A stretch of 64,000 bases of DNA from the human T2T-CHM13v2.0 reference genome, Homo sapiens (GCF_009914755.1 NC_060931.1); one strand, 5' to 3'. Counted from the stretch's first letter, positions 34,501-51,939 are shown. Notes: generated from the sequence alone by a model not told the origin. A program made the numbers and translations.

Positions 34501-34692
34501 AAAGATAACTGTGTCTGCTTCATAATTACACACCTAGTTGGATATGTGATTACCATAATTCTCACATGTACTACTAACTTTCTCCATCTATTTCAAGGAT
34601 GACTGTGGGTGAAGTTTTGGATGTTAACAATGCCCCATCTCCTGGTTTTTCAGTAAAAATATATGAGAAATGTGGAAATTTATGCAACAAAT

Positions 34693-34745
34693 TTATATAT
34701 ATATGTGTGTGTGTGCACATATATATACAGATAGATAGATAGATA
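34693..34745. repeat. Compound (TA)n(TG)n/(GATA)n microsatellite
   Basis: Directly visible. Confidence 0.75.
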
Positions 34746-34970
34746 CACCCATAAGGTATTATGTTAGGGTACTATAACCAAGTCAATTTTATCTATCTTA
34801 TTAATTGAGCACAGTTGGAAGAATAGTGAGACTCAAATGATTTCTGGGGTTGATCAATTTCCAGGGAGATTTTCTAAAAAGGGACAAAATAACCAGTTTA
34901 TCATAACCTTAACAACATTATTTTCAGGTTAGTTCAAAATAGAAATTATGGGACAGAGGAGAAAATTTTT

Positions 34971-35158
34971 ATTCTTTTCATTTTTTTGAATTTCATCCTC
35001 ACCCTCCTCCTGCCCTCCACCTTCTAGTATACCCTGGTGTCTCTTGTTCCCCTCTTTGTGTCCATGTGTACTCAATGTTTAGCTCCCGCTTATAAGTGAG
35101 AACACATGGTGTTTGGTTTATTCTAAGTGAATTAACCCTTACGTTAAAAGGGAGAAAA
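34971..35158 (-). mobile_element. Very short L1PA 3' insertion (rearranged)
   Basis: ctctttgtgtccatgtgtactcaatgtttagctcccgcttataagtgagaac; flanked by agaggagaaaattttt / agaggagaacattttt. Confidence 0.75.
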
Positions 35159-36626
35159 AGAGGAGAACATTTTTTAAATCATAACTTCTTAAATTTTATT
35201 TTGTCACCTCAATTATTTCCAGGGGAATAGAAACCCTTTCAGGATGATGTAGCTTTGGAATTTCTTAACGACGTGTGGATATGCTTGAAGATTTGACAAG
35301 TTCACTTGAAATCTTGTGGTTCAATAAGGCAGCCTTTTCTGTGGAGACAGAAGACTAAGCTATGCTACAGTGGCTTAGGAGACACATGACAACTTAACAA
35401 TAGACCAGCACGCTGGCAGGAGAAGTCATTTATTTTACCTTGTATTCTCTTTACGTGATAGTACACAGAAAGTCAAATGCATGTCCATGCATTCATAAAA
35501 CAACAAAATAGAAATTAATTTGCCTTACCCATGGAAATTTCAGTTACTGCATGCTTAGCTGCTGTGCTTGTCTTCGGAAAGTTCATCCTTGAAGGCTGAA
35601 TAAAATTTTCCTGTTCTGCTTCTTTATATAAAGAAGTCTATGGTTTGCTTAAACATGGGAAAGCTCGTTTTATTAAGTATCCTTGATACTGTGATTGCAT
35701 TCTTCAGAATATTAGCTCTGCTACCAATTTTCAAATACTTTTTAATAGTTTGCACGGTTGGCTTCTGAGAGCATCTCTGAATGGGATTTTCCCAGCTATT
35801 TTCACACCTTATGTCCATATCACATTTCACTCTTCTGCAGCACTTAGATCTTCAGCACAGCAGGTGGAAAAGTGATTTAAGGACAGAACAATGGGATGTT
35901 TATGCCTTTTTAAAAAAGTCATGGATATGCATTTCTAGCCAACTTTGTTTGGGGAAAGCCTTTTTGCCCCTTTTTAAGACATTTTAAAATCTTTGCTGTA
36001 CTATATGACAGTCACATTAAAAAACAAGAACAGATTAAATTGGTCATCAGAATTCACAATTTATCTTCACAAAATCGGAAAATTTTGGAGACTGTTGCAA
36101 AGTCACATAGTATTCTTGGGCGCTCCGGTTTGTGCTGGGGATAGAAATTAAATGGGAGAAAATTTGCATTCAGACCCCACTTAACTCTCACTAATAACAG
36201 ACATTCTTGCTTGTGAGTTAGCTCTAGAAGACTATATATCTCCTGCTCCTGCTGCAGACAAGAATTTGCTTCTTTCCTAAGAGCTGATTGAAGAGGAGAT
36301 GTGCAGCTGGCTGACTGGTTTCTTAAAAGGGGAGAAAAGGAGACTGTGAAAATCTGTGTGTAATGGGCCTGTAGTGACTGTTGGGGTAAGGTGGGAGGAA
36401 TGAAACATAATTGAAACGGCTGATGAACGGGGAAAGGAGAGGACTCCACATATTCAAGGAAGTGTATAAGCTGGAAATGACTATAGTGAGAAAACAAGAC
36501 TAGGTAATAGTAACCTTAATATGGTGACACCATAAGGAATTTATCAGGCATAGATATTTTCCATTTTCATAAAGGGTTGAGCTTTTCAAAATATATGTAG
36601 AAATACAAATATTTATTACCCTAGAC

Positions 36627-36760
36627 CAAGGTTTCTCAACTTCAGCACTATTGACATTTTGGGCCAGGTATGTATTTGTTCTGAAGGTGTGTCTTGCATA
36701 TTATGGGATGTTCAGCAACATCCCTGGCCTCACCTGCTAGAGGCTGCAATTCCCCCGCCC
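36627..36760 (+). mobile_element. MER20 (hAT-Charlie) fragment
   Basis: ggtttctcaacttcagcactattgacattttgggccag...gatgttcagcaacatccctggcctc. Confidence 0.75.
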
Positions 36761-37413
36761 CCTTGGCTACATAATAATATATGCAAGTGTCAAGGCCCTT
36801 AAGATTCACATTTAATTGGCCGGTATTATGACTCAGGCATTAGCATGATTTTTAAGTTCCTGAGATGATTCTAATAAGTCTAATTGTTTAGGAAACAATG
36901 TGTCCAGTGTTCCTTAATGAGAGTACAAAGTTGAATGAGAAATCATCCCTGTTCTGGAGAGGCTTAGGAATAGCAAAGAGATGGGCACACACTGAATATT
37001 TTTCCAACATATTATAGTCCATTTCCTTAAGGTCAAACGCACAATACACTATGTCAGCACAAAAGGAGAGCTGATACCTTAAAGATACAATATTCTTCTG
37101 AAATGTTTTTCAGTACCTGAAATCCTCACATTTTAGAATTATATATTTGTAATCTTGAAATAGGTAAAGATTTCTTAAACAGAATGCTGAAAGTCTTAGC
37201 CATAAAGTAAATAATTCATAAATTGGAAATTGGCATTAAAATTAAGAATTTAGGGGCATTAAAACTAAAGACTGTACTGGGCATTAAATTTTAGAATTTA
37301 TGTTTATTGGACAAAACTAAGAAGCAGGTGAAAAGGTAAGCCACAGAGTAGATATTCACAACACATATATCTGAAAAGTAGTCATATCTGGAAAATATAA
37401 AAAACTCATATAA

Positions 37414-37704
<291 letters not shown>

Positions 37705-37732
37705 TCAAATTTTTAAAAGAGAGAAAAATCCA

Positions 37733-38038
<306 letters not shown>

Positions 38039-38309
38039 TCCAATACAAGTGGACTGGAAAAGGTACTTTATAAAAGGGTATTTATAGACATTTGATTGAC
38101 TTATGAAAAGGTGCTCAATATTATTAGGCATTGGGGAATGCAAATTAACTACCAAAAAAATCACAACGAGATACCGGTACATTTTCACTCAAATATCTAA
38201 AATTAAATGACATCATTATGAAGCATATGAAGCAACTGAAACTCACATACAATTTACTATTATATACAAATACATACACACTATATACACACTTTTGCAC
38301 ATACACATA

Positions 38310-39882
38310 TAGGCATATTTCAGAAATATTTTACATTCAGTTCTAGGCCATTGCAATAAAGCAAAATTCACGATAAAGCAAGTTACATAAGTTTTTTGGT
38401 TTCCAGTGCATATAAAAGTTATATTTACACTATACTGTAGTTTATTAAGTGTACAGTAGCATTATGTATTAAAAACAATGTATATACCTTAATTTAACAA
38501 TACTTTATTGCTAAAAAATGCTAACAATCATCCCAGCCTTTAGCAAGCCATACTCTTTTTGCTGATTGACGGTCTTGCCTCAGTGTTGATGGCTGCTGAC
38601 TGATTAGGGTGGTGGTTGCTGAAGACTGAGGTGACTGTGGCAGTTTCTGAAAATAAGAAAACAAGGAAGTTTGCCACAATAATTGAATCTTCCTTTCACA
38701 AGATTTCTCTGTAGCGTGTGATGCTGTTTGACAGCATTTTACCCACAATAGAACTTTCAAAATTGGAGTCAGTTCTCTCAAATCCTGCCACTGCTTTATC
38801 AACTAAGTTTATGTAATATTCTAAATCCTCTCTTGTCATTTCAACAACGTTCACGGCTTCTTCACCAGGTGTGGATTCTATCTCATGAAACCACTTTCTT
38901 TGCTCATCCATAAAAAGCAACCCCTCATCTGTTTTAGTTTGATCATTTAGTTTGCAGCAATTCAGCCACATCTTCAGGCTCCACTTCTAATTCTGGTTCT
39001 CTTGCCATTTCCACCTCATCTGCAGTGACTTCCTCCACTGAAGTCTTGAGCCCTTCAAAGTCTCATGAACCATCCTCTCCTAGCTTTTTCTTCTGCAATT
39101 CCTCAGCTTTCTCAGACTTCAAATAATTGAAGATAATTAGGACCTTGAGCTGGATTAGGCTTTGGTTTAAGGGAATCTTGCGTCTGATTTGATGTTCTAT
39201 CCAGACAAGTAAAACTTTCTCCATATCAGCAATAAGACTCTTTCACTTTCTTACCATTTGTGTGCTTGCTGGAGTTGTGCTTTTAATTTCCTTCAAGAAC
39301 TTTTCTTTTGCATTCACAACTTGCTTAACTGGTGCAAGAGGGCTAGTTTTGAGCTTATCTCAGCTTTCAACATGCCTTCCTAAGCTTAATCGTCTCTAGC
39401 TTTTGACTTTAAGTGATTCTTTCTTTCACTTGAACACTTATAGACCATCATAAGGTCATTAATTGGCCTAATGTAAATATTGTTGTGTCTCAGGGAATAG
39501 GAGGCCTGAGGTGATGGAGAGAGATAGGGGAATGGCCAGTCAGTGAAGCAATCAGAATCAGCAATCACAACATTTATTAAGATCACCATCTGACCTGGGT
39601 ACAGTTTGCGGCACCTGAAAACATTTATAATAATAGCATCAAAGATCACTGATCACAGATCACTATTACAGATATAATAATAATGAAAAAGTTGAAATAT
39701 TGCAAGAGGAGTTGCCAGAAAGTGACACAGACACATGAAGTGAGAGCATGCTGTTGGAAAAATGGTACTGATAGACTTGTTCGATGCAGGGTTGCTACAA
39801 ACTTCCAATTTGTAAAACAAAACAAAAAAGGAATATCTGTGAAGCACAATAAAGCAAAGTACAATAAAATGAGCTATGCTTA
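38310..39882 (-). mobile_element. Tigger1 (TcMar-Tigger) DNA transposon, internally deleted
   Basis: Both termini present (taggcatatttcag...; ...aataaaatgagctatgctta), TA flanks; transposase C-terminal remnant in ORF 38696-38971 ([24 protein letters not shown]). Confidence 0.9.
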
Positions 39883-39928
39883 TATATGTATATCCCAAAA
39901 TTTATATACAAGAGTCTTCAAGGTAGCA

Positions 39929-40370
39929 TGTAGAAAATGCTGTCAGTGCCTCACTTGTATCTTCTTACCACTCACTATTCTCAGACATGCCAATGGCTTC
40001 TCAATAGAAGTATCTGTGACTCTCTGCCAGAGAGCTTTGTCTGGTCAGACAGCCTCTACCTATAGAGAACATACCAAAAATGCCATGAAGTTACCACTCT
40101 ACCATAAACCAATGACAAATGAGAGTTGTCCCATCCAAGCTGATGAGTAAGCTGGGGTTTTATGTCCCAATTTCCACTCCACTGTCTCCCACAAGGCCCC
40201 AGTGAGGCTGAGACCCACTTGCCCTCAGCAGTAACTTGGTCACTGACACATCCTGTATTGGATTCATTCCTGTTTGTCTTATTTCTCCATTGCCCTATAA
40301 CCTCCCAAATCAACTACGTGAATTCAAATTTAGTCTTGGGGTTTGCTTCTAGGATAACCCAGCTAAAGAT
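39929..40370 (+). mobile_element. ERVL solo LTR (LTR16-like)
   Basis: Starts tgtagaaaatgctgtcagtgcc, ends ggtttgcttctaggataacccagctaaagata; internal ccccagtgaggctgagacccacttgccc resembles LTR16. Confidence 0.6.
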
Positions 40371-40409
40371 AGAACATTGTTTATATAAGTTAAAAATTGA
40401 AAGAAAATT

Positions 40410-41260
40410 TTTTTAAAAATGTCCATCAACAAAAGAATGGATAAATTGTGGCACATCATATGATAAAATACTATGCATCAATAAAAATAAACTAGAGCTC
40501 CTCATCACTACATGATGAATGAATTTCATAAAGCTTAATTTTGAACAAAAGATGTTAGATACAAAATAATACATACTTACATTAATATAAAGTTCAATAT
40601 CAGGCAAAATAGTCTGTGGTTGTTATGAGTTGAATTGTGTTCCCCAAAAAGAGATATTTTGAAGTCATAACCCTAGTATCTCACAATATGACCTTATTTG
40701 GAAATAGTGCTTATACAGGTAACCAAGTTAAAATAAGGTCATTAGGGTGGGCCCCAGTCCAATATGGCTGGTGTTCTTACAAAAAGGGAAAATATAAACA
40801 CAGAGACACAAGGAGAACACTGTGTGAATGTGGAAGATCAGAGTAATGCATTAACAAGCCAAGGAACACCGAAGATTGCCGGCATACCACCAGGAGCTAA
40901 GAGAGAGGCATGGGAGAGATTCTCCCTCACAGTCCTCAGAAGAAACAAACCTTGCTGACACCTTGATTTCAGGCAGACCATGAGACAATAAACTTCTGTC
41001 ATCTCAAGCCACTCAGTTTGTGGTACTTCGTTATGGCAGCCCTAATACACTAATACAATGGTTGTAGAAAGTAAGATAGTGATTGCCTTTGGGGCTGAGG
41101 AAGGGTGGAATGATAGGGACGGGAACAAGGGAACTGGTAATGCTCTGTTTCTTAACAGTCACAGTGTTACATGTGTGTGTTCACTTCATGATAACCCACT
41201 TTTTCAAAATGCTTTTTTTTGTATGCATTAAAACTCAATGAAAATTTTTACAAATCTAAA
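40410..41260 (+). mobile_element. L1ME-like 3' end, interrupted by MLT1
   Basis: aaatgtccatcaacaaaagaatggataaattgtggcaca...; resumes after the LTR with aagatagtgattgcctttgggg. Confidence 0.65.
40621..41057 (+). mobile_element. MLT1 (MLT1C-like) MaLR solo LTR
   Basis: tgttatgagttgaattgtgt...gaccttatttggaaatag...agccaaggaacacc...ttatggcagccc...ctaataca; 5-bp TSD gtggt/atggt. Confidence 0.85.
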
Positions 41261-42119
41261 CACTTATTAGAGCAGATGAGAAAAAAGCAGTACACTGTGT
41301 AATGAAGAGGGCAAGAGTTGGGGAAAAGAAGGTAGGAAAAAAATGTGATAGTATCTGTAGTTCACATTAAAGAAGGTCCCTAAGCAAAGATTCAATGACC
41401 ACTATGGACTTTCAGCTCAAATAAATCAGGTTAGCCCTGTCCCCTGAATTGCGGGTAGGAGGATTGGAATCTCCATAATTTCCACTCATTTCTATTTTCC
41501 CTATGCCCCTACCTCCCCATTCTTCCTTCTTAGTCTGAGAGTAGATTGTTTCTGAGTTGCCTAGAGTATTGACAATTTCAACAATAATACGTAGAATCTA
41601 GATAGAAAAACCAGTAAAATTTATAATGAAGACTAACCATGGTAACATTTCAAGGGAACTGAAGAGAGTCCTCTTCAAAAGTCATAGCACCGTTAAAAAA
41701 AAAAAAAAAAAAAAAAGCTATTTTAGTATCTTTTCTCAAACATTCACTTTCTCTGTGGCATGTTACGTATTTACTGAGTGTTTTCCACACGTAAGACTGA
41801 GTACTGAAGACATCTAAGTGGTGCTTTGTCCCAGCTGTTATACTCAGCTGATGACTGTGAGAAAGGCTTCAGTGATTTTGTTCCTAATCAGTAAGTAAAC
41901 TAATTACTGACAGCCAGTGATTCATTCTTATTCTTTCCTATCTTCTTGCTGCATGAGGTTCGTAAAATATTTTGTTTGCTCTAACCAAAGGATTTTGGTT
42001 TCTTTACCTCTTGACTTCTAACATAGTCTTTCCAGGGAGATGACACTGTCTTTCACCTATATCTTAATTCTGATTCATCAGATTAGTTCACAGAAACATT
42101 AATGAGGCCCTGGTTGTAA

Positions 42120-42513
<394 letters not shown>

Positions 42514-43064
42514 TAATATTCCCTTTACTGAAGGCCTAAGAGCCACACTATTCTCTTACCTTAATTGGACTTCTGTCTGAGAAGAAAAAAATAATGAATT
42601 TAATCTCTCCTGCCATTGACTTATGATATCTTTAAGGTATAGACTTGCTGCCTCTCTACCAAATGATTCCTAGGAGGACTGGTCACCTTGGTATTCAAGC
42701 CAAGTTCCCATTCGAAACTGGGGTCAGAACTAATTGGATAATAAGCTAACCCGAGAAATGATTCTCCTGACCCAAAGCCACATCCGACTCCTTCTGAAAG
42801 TGAAGACCTGATTTTGAAGCACCCGAGTGATGAGGAGCTTGAAATTAGAGTTTGGAGAAGGTTGTAAGTCTTTTATAAAAAATTCTTCCATCTTCCTGGT
42901 TGTTCTTTTTCTTCCCCTTCTAGTTTGGTTTCTTTCATGCTGTTGCAACACCAGTGAAAGGTGAAGTGATGTATTTTTCCATTTCTGATGATGCTTACTC
43001 CCATGGTGAGACTTAACTTGAGAAACAGCAAATTCCCTGGAGTTTCTTCACGCCAAAGAACTAT

Positions 43065-43325
43065 GCATATTCTCACTCACAGGTGGGAATTGAACAATGA
43101 GAACACATGGACACAGGAAGGGGAACATCACACTCTGGGGACTGTTGTGGGGTGGGGGGAGGGGGGAGGGATAGCACTGGGAGATATACCTAATGCTAGA
43201 TGACGTGTTAGTGGGTGCAGCGCACCAGCATGGCACGTGTATACATATGTAACTAACCTGCACATTGTGCACATGTACCCTAAAACTTAAAGTATGATAA
43301 TAATAATAATAATAATAAAGAAAAA
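43065..43325 (+). mobile_element. Young L1PA (L1PA2-like) 3' terminal fragment
   Basis: gcatattctcactca...aacaatgagaacacatggacacagg...taaaacttaaagtat, (TAA)n/A tail; TSD aaagaactat (43055-43064, 43326-43335). Confidence 0.92.
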
Positions 43326-44979
43326 AAAGAACTATACAACTGATTGTTGGAGAATCATGGTTTCAGTTCACAGGGTTCTATTTTCCTAGTGAGTCATTTG
43401 ACTTAGAGGCAACTCTAAATGCACCAGGAAGGCAACAGGATCAATACACTAGGGCTTCAAGCTCTCTGCCACTTGAAGCCACTCCAGCAGCACCTAAGAG
43501 CTTGCTTTTCTTACTTGCTTCCTCATTACCCAGGTCAATATTGCCATTGCGTTCGAAATAACCGTTCAAGGACAGGATTTTTTCTCACATGTGGAATATT
43601 TGACATATGTGGTTCACCTTTTTCTTCTTGGTTCTTATTTCATTCTTTCCCATTCTAGTACAGACAGAGCAACCTAAGGATCTTTATTACAAGCTAAGGA
43701 GCAGAGCATTTCTTCTCAAAATGGCTTTTTTTTGTTTAGAATTTGTAATGTATGCATTTGAAGTAATTTGTTTTATGTATTTGAAGGATGTAGAAACTAG
43801 ACTGAATTTTGTTACATATTTTACACATTAACAAAACAAATTTAGTAAAAGGTAAATGTATTAAAAAATAACATTCCACCAAAAGTAGCATTTGTTTATT
43901 CACCACCCACTTTTCAAGCAGTTGTTCCAATATTTGTAGCAGCATTATTTTTGTAATTTATTTACTTTAAAGCTACTCTGCCTGACCTTGCTTAATTATC
44001 TTTATACTATTTTAACTTTATAATTTCTTTTTTATCAAAATAATACATGTACATAGTTTTTACAGGAATATAAACACACTTATAAGAAATCAGAAAAGTT
44101 TCTTGCTTCATCCTTCCCCAAGCTAAGTCTACTCTTCACTGGTGTTCACTTTGCCTTTCAATAATGTTTACTCTCCATTTTCTCTTTCTGGAACTCTTGT
44201 TGGTTACATGTTGAAATTCCACAGAGTAATTCTTTTCCTGTTGTATTTTCTACTTGCCATCACAGCATTTTGGTCAAACTTTGAGATTTTTCTCAAATTT
44301 ATCTTTCAGTCTTTATGTTAATTCTATTTCTGCTATTTGCCTTCCAAAAGCTCATTCTTGTTCCCTGAATATTCATTTTAAGGATATCTTGTGCCTACCT
44401 CATGGATGCAATATCTTCACTTATCTCTCTTGAGCATATTGTTTTGAAGACTTTGACTTCACATCCTGCACTGCTCTGCTTTCTCCATTTTTTTTTTTTT
44501 TTATTTTCTGGTTGTTTTAGTCTCTTTCAATCAGTTTTATTGTTTGTTAAGTACACTAATTTTAAGAACTTTATATTCAAAAATTGCTATGAGAACAGTG
44601 AATTATTTAAAGATATAAAACATATTACTTTAGAAGTGCTTACCAGAAATTATCTAATAACATCAACTGAACATTGGTAGAGGTTGGGTGCATACTTGAT
44701 AATAATGAAATTAATAACACAGTAAGAACCTGAGGGTTCTTATTCTTACATCTGATATCAAATGAGTTAAAATATTCAATATTTTTCTTATTTGTAACAT
44801 GAAAGGAGTTCCTAAAATTCTTAATGAACTTTCTCTAATCATAGAATAAACAAATTTAGTTTTATGTGACATAAGAATTCTGATATTGATTACTATACCT
44901 GAAAATATAGTAATAATGTTTCAACTCCTGTGTTCACTTGTCCTAACCAATACTAAAATTTAGTATAATACTGTGGTAG

Positions 44980-46420
<1,441 letters not shown>

Positions 46421-48682
46421 CATGCCTACTAATGGAAGTGTGGGGAAAAGGATGGAGGAGCAGGCTCTGAATTGGGTCAGAAGTGAGGTTTGGATAAAGC
46501 AGTAGGTAGAATTGAATAACATCTCCCTCCTCCCATCTTCTCCCTCCCTGTCCCTCAGTAGTTCTCACTTTTATGAGCAGCTTTCCTTTTTCATGAAGTT
46601 CTTTTTATTACTTTTATTATCATTATCACTAACACATATGTTAAGTGCTTACTGTGTGGCAGGCATTGTGCTTAACATGTTATATGATTTATCTCATCAA
46701 ATCGTCAAAAGAACTCTTATTCCCAATTTGCAAATTAGGAAACAGAGTCAGAAAGGTCCTTGCTGAAGGACACACAATTATTAAAAGACAGAAACGAGAA
46801 TCACACAAAGTCCATCTAACCCCAAAACTACACACTCAACTACTACATCACCCTGTGTTACAATGAACTTGAAACCAATTCACAACTGGAGTACAGACAC
46901 AAAGAGATATATGTGATGGGTTTGTGAAGTGTGGTAGAAAGGAGGTGGAGGTTGGTAAAGTCAAATTGTAGGGTGAGATAACAAGAACACTACAAAGAAA
47001 CAAATAACAATAAGTGAATAATAAATTGGGCATATAATATTTATAATAGAACTTGATTCTGGTATGAGGTTTTATTATAAACTACCCAGCCCAGCCCTCT
47101 AGGGGCACCTATATCCTTTAGACAAGAGAGGGCTATTTTGTAAAATATAAAGTCCTCTTTTTACCAAGAGCCCAAGTAATTCATTGAAGGATCCTTTTAG
47201 CCCATACAATAACTGGATCCAGTTTTCCCTAAACAGTGTTTCCTGGACAGCGTTTCCCTGTAAGTTAGAGCAGCCTGAGCCTCAGAGAAGGTGGAATGAA
47301 GCTCGCAGGGGAGGCAACAAAGACAGCCAATACTCACAGGGTCAGACACTGCAGCGTCCTCTAAATTCCAATCTCTTTCCATAGTATGGAAGTAGCTGAG
47401 CACATTAGCTAAGCTACATTTTTACAGCCTCTTTTAAGGTTGAGTGTGTCCCTGTGACTAATTTCTAATCAATGAAGTATGAATGGAAATATGTGCCATA
47501 TTTATACTATCTGCTTCTGCTGGGTGGATGCTGATGAAGAGGAGGGCCTAGGCAGGGGCACAGCTTCACTAAGCAGTGGCACAGCTTCAAGATGGAAGGA
47601 ATCTGGGGTTTTGAATCACAATGTGAAGGACAGACACCCAGCAACCAAAATCTTAGACTGCTACATGAGGGAGAAATAAACAATTTGGGGTCTATTTACC
47701 AACACAGGCAAGCCTACCATGAGTAACAGAGTTTCTCTATGTGTCACATAGGTATCAGCAACATTTGTCTTCTAATTCTAAGAAAAGAGTAAAGATTGGC
47801 AGTGAAATAGAAGCACACAGTAGTAGAACAGAGTACGTGGCATAGAAATGGGTGATCAGAGGGGTGGTGTATGTTGGCAAGACAAACATGATGAGCAGCA
47901 GCTGGAAGAGAGGAAGCATGTATGCTCAGAGCTTCTGCTCTTAGGGACTTGCAGAATCCTGTAAAAAAGAGACAGGGTTGAGGGTGGCCCACTTGGCTGA
48001 GTGCTACTGACCCTGTTCACTTAGGAAATTTCAAAGTCTACTTACGTAGATTCTACATACAGCTAGGTTGTATGTATTTGTGTGAATATGAGCATGCTGT
48101 ATATAGACACAGGCATATATGTAGTCAGAATTAATGTCAATATTAAATTTAATATCCAAAATATTAAACTATCAGAGTTGAAGTATGATAGGTAGTTTAA
48201 TTTTTTTCTTTCTGAATCATCTGAACTATTGAAAAGAATCATATCATGCATCTGTAATGCAAAAAATGTTCTTTATTTTGAAGCAGAAAAATTCTTCCTG
48301 TTTTATATTTTCATGAAAATATTTAAGATGGGAAACATTTTATTGGCTGTACATAAATAAATACGTAATAAGAATGAGACACAATGTTTTGTCCAATTCT
48401 TATCATGAAGTCTTTCAAGAAGGGAATACATGCCCATCATAAAACATATGACTACATGTTTGTAAATCCCCCATTACATAATAAGCATTGTATTGTATTC
48501 ATGATTATCACCGGTACTTGGCACCCTTTGATACTCAGTAATGGTAAGTGAATGAATGTATAAATGCATGAGCACTTTAGTAGCTTTTGAAGTGTAACTT
48601 TCAATGGTAACTGATAAATTATTTCAGCCTTGGAATCACCATTTCCTGTTATTTCAGTGTATGGCATAAAGTAATTGACTAA

Positions 48683-49816
<1,134 letters not shown>

Positions 49817-50819
49817 TGATTGTTTCTTATTTTTCTTGTTCTTTCTCCTCCAGTGTTTCTTGTGTAGTATTTAAAATAGACTCCTTTTATTTCATCTCAA
49901 CGAGTTGGGTAATTTCAAATGCCATGATGAGCCTGTATATTGTATGTTAAAATTAATTATGTATGTAGATAGCATTTAATTAGTACCTACCACATGCAGA
50001 GCACTGTGCTAGGCACAGAGGGGAAGAGAAATATAAATGATACGGTCATTTACCCAATTTATAATCTAGTGGGAGATAAAATGTAATACACGTACACATA
50101 ATGTTAATTAAACTTAAAAAGCGATTGACAATAGAATAAGACATAAACTAAGAATCTAATTGTGAATCTATTTGAGAATACTTTAAATTAGATATAGGAG
50201 GACTCGGCTACCATGGATCAATCTGTAAATTAAAATACACTTGCAATATTAAGCCAGGATAAGTTTAAAGATAGAAACTTTCACTCATGCTTCATTATTT
50301 CTCTAAAACAGATTAAAATACAATGTTAATTTGCTATGTCTTTTCTATAGCTTTAGTTATATGTACATATATATTTTTCTTTAACTAGTTAAAAATTTTA
50401 CTGTACATATCCAGGTAACCTAATTAACATATAATAGGGTATTAGTAATATACAGTTCAAATTTATGGGCTCCCTTATAATTACCATCTCTTTTGAAAGA
50501 AACTTCTTCATTCCATTATAATATTCCAAACTGTTAAAATGCTACATAAAATGTAGCATTTTATAATTCTGATTTCAGTATCTTACAATGAGTGAGTATA
50601 AGAATGTTTCTCTCTTCAGGTATTTGTTTTTTATTCTCTATGTTTCTTAAATTGTCAGAGATTAAAGTTTTCCAGAAGCATAATGGTTTACTTGCTGCAC
50701 CATGATTTCACAAAATGAAGTGCCTCCATCAGTTGTAAAAATCCTCAAATCTGCTGTTTACCAGCAATTCCTACATCGCCAAAATCTAGAAAATTGCAGC
50801 CCAAAAAGAAGACAGAGTA

Positions 50820-51085
50820 GATACAAAATTTCAGTTAGATAGGAAGAATAATTCAAGAGGTCTGTTGTATAACATGGTGACTACATTGTATTCTTAAAAA
50901 TCACTGAGGGTCAATTTCTAAGAGCTTTTAGCATAAAAAATGGTAAGTATGTGAAGTAATGCATATGTTAATTAGCTCTATTTACCCATTCCACAATGTA
51001 TACATGTTTAAAACATCATGTTGTACATAAATGTATACAATTGTTCTTTGCGAATTAAAATAGATAAATACTTTTGTTAAAAAAA
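50820..51085 (+). mobile_element. L1MA 3' end fragment
   Basis: atacaaaatttcagttagataggaagaataa...aagtatgtgaagtaatgcatatgttaattagct...aaaacatcatgttgtac. Confidence 0.8.
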
Positions 51086-51939
51086 GGCAAATCTGTTTAA
51101 AGCTTGGAATCAAGATGTTGGCAAAGTATATTGTATCTATTCGCTGTAAATTATTCACAACTATGTAACTGAAACCTATGGGCTACATTAAGGGATGAAC
51201 AATAAAGATGAAGAAGGTAAGTTCAATGTTGTGGGGCAAGACTACCTATAAAAATTTTGGAAAATTTTAAAAAGAGGAAACATCAGAGCTGATCGGCAAA
51301 GTCAAAGAGTGGAGTATATGAACTACAGGGGAGTTGGAGTGTTAGAATTTGAGGATTAACATGGAGAACTATAGTTAATGTATTGTAATGCCCCATCTCT
51401 ATCTTTTGTCTTTATATATACATCTAGTCCCATATATCTGTAGGATTTTTTTTTAAGTTTTTAGGAAGCCACTGTTAGCAGACATGATTTGGAGTACTGG
51501 GACTGCAAAGTAGTTATAATACTAATTATTTTGTCCTGGACATATGATTTGAAACTCTTCATTCTCAAAAGAGCTGGTTAAAAAAATGACAGAGCAGAAA
51601 ATACTACTGAGAATAAACATAAATAACATTATAAAAATTTAATTTTATTGAGTGAATTAGCATTTACTTCTAAGACACACAAAAAATGACTTTCTTCTTT
51701 ACATGATAGCAATAGAGTAGAACAACTGACTGAATGGAATTAGCTGAAGACACCAGAACTTTCACCACATAGAAGAAGTCATAAGGCAAATGAAATGGGA
51801 CAGAGGTTGTGGAATAGAGTTTTTTAAGGTCCGTGATAATTAAGGTATCCAGTGATGCTAAGATCATTTAAAGTCTCAGAAATAATGCCAATCCTAAGTT
51901 TACAAAAGAAATGAGAAAGGTAGACTGAAGCCTCCAATG

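Noticed and set aside
36054-36497. 147-aa minus-strand ORF
   Set aside because: Non-ATG start, no motif, no supporting structure.
39683-40150. 155-aa ORF
   Set aside because: Runs across antisense Tigger1 and LTR sequence; chance ORF.
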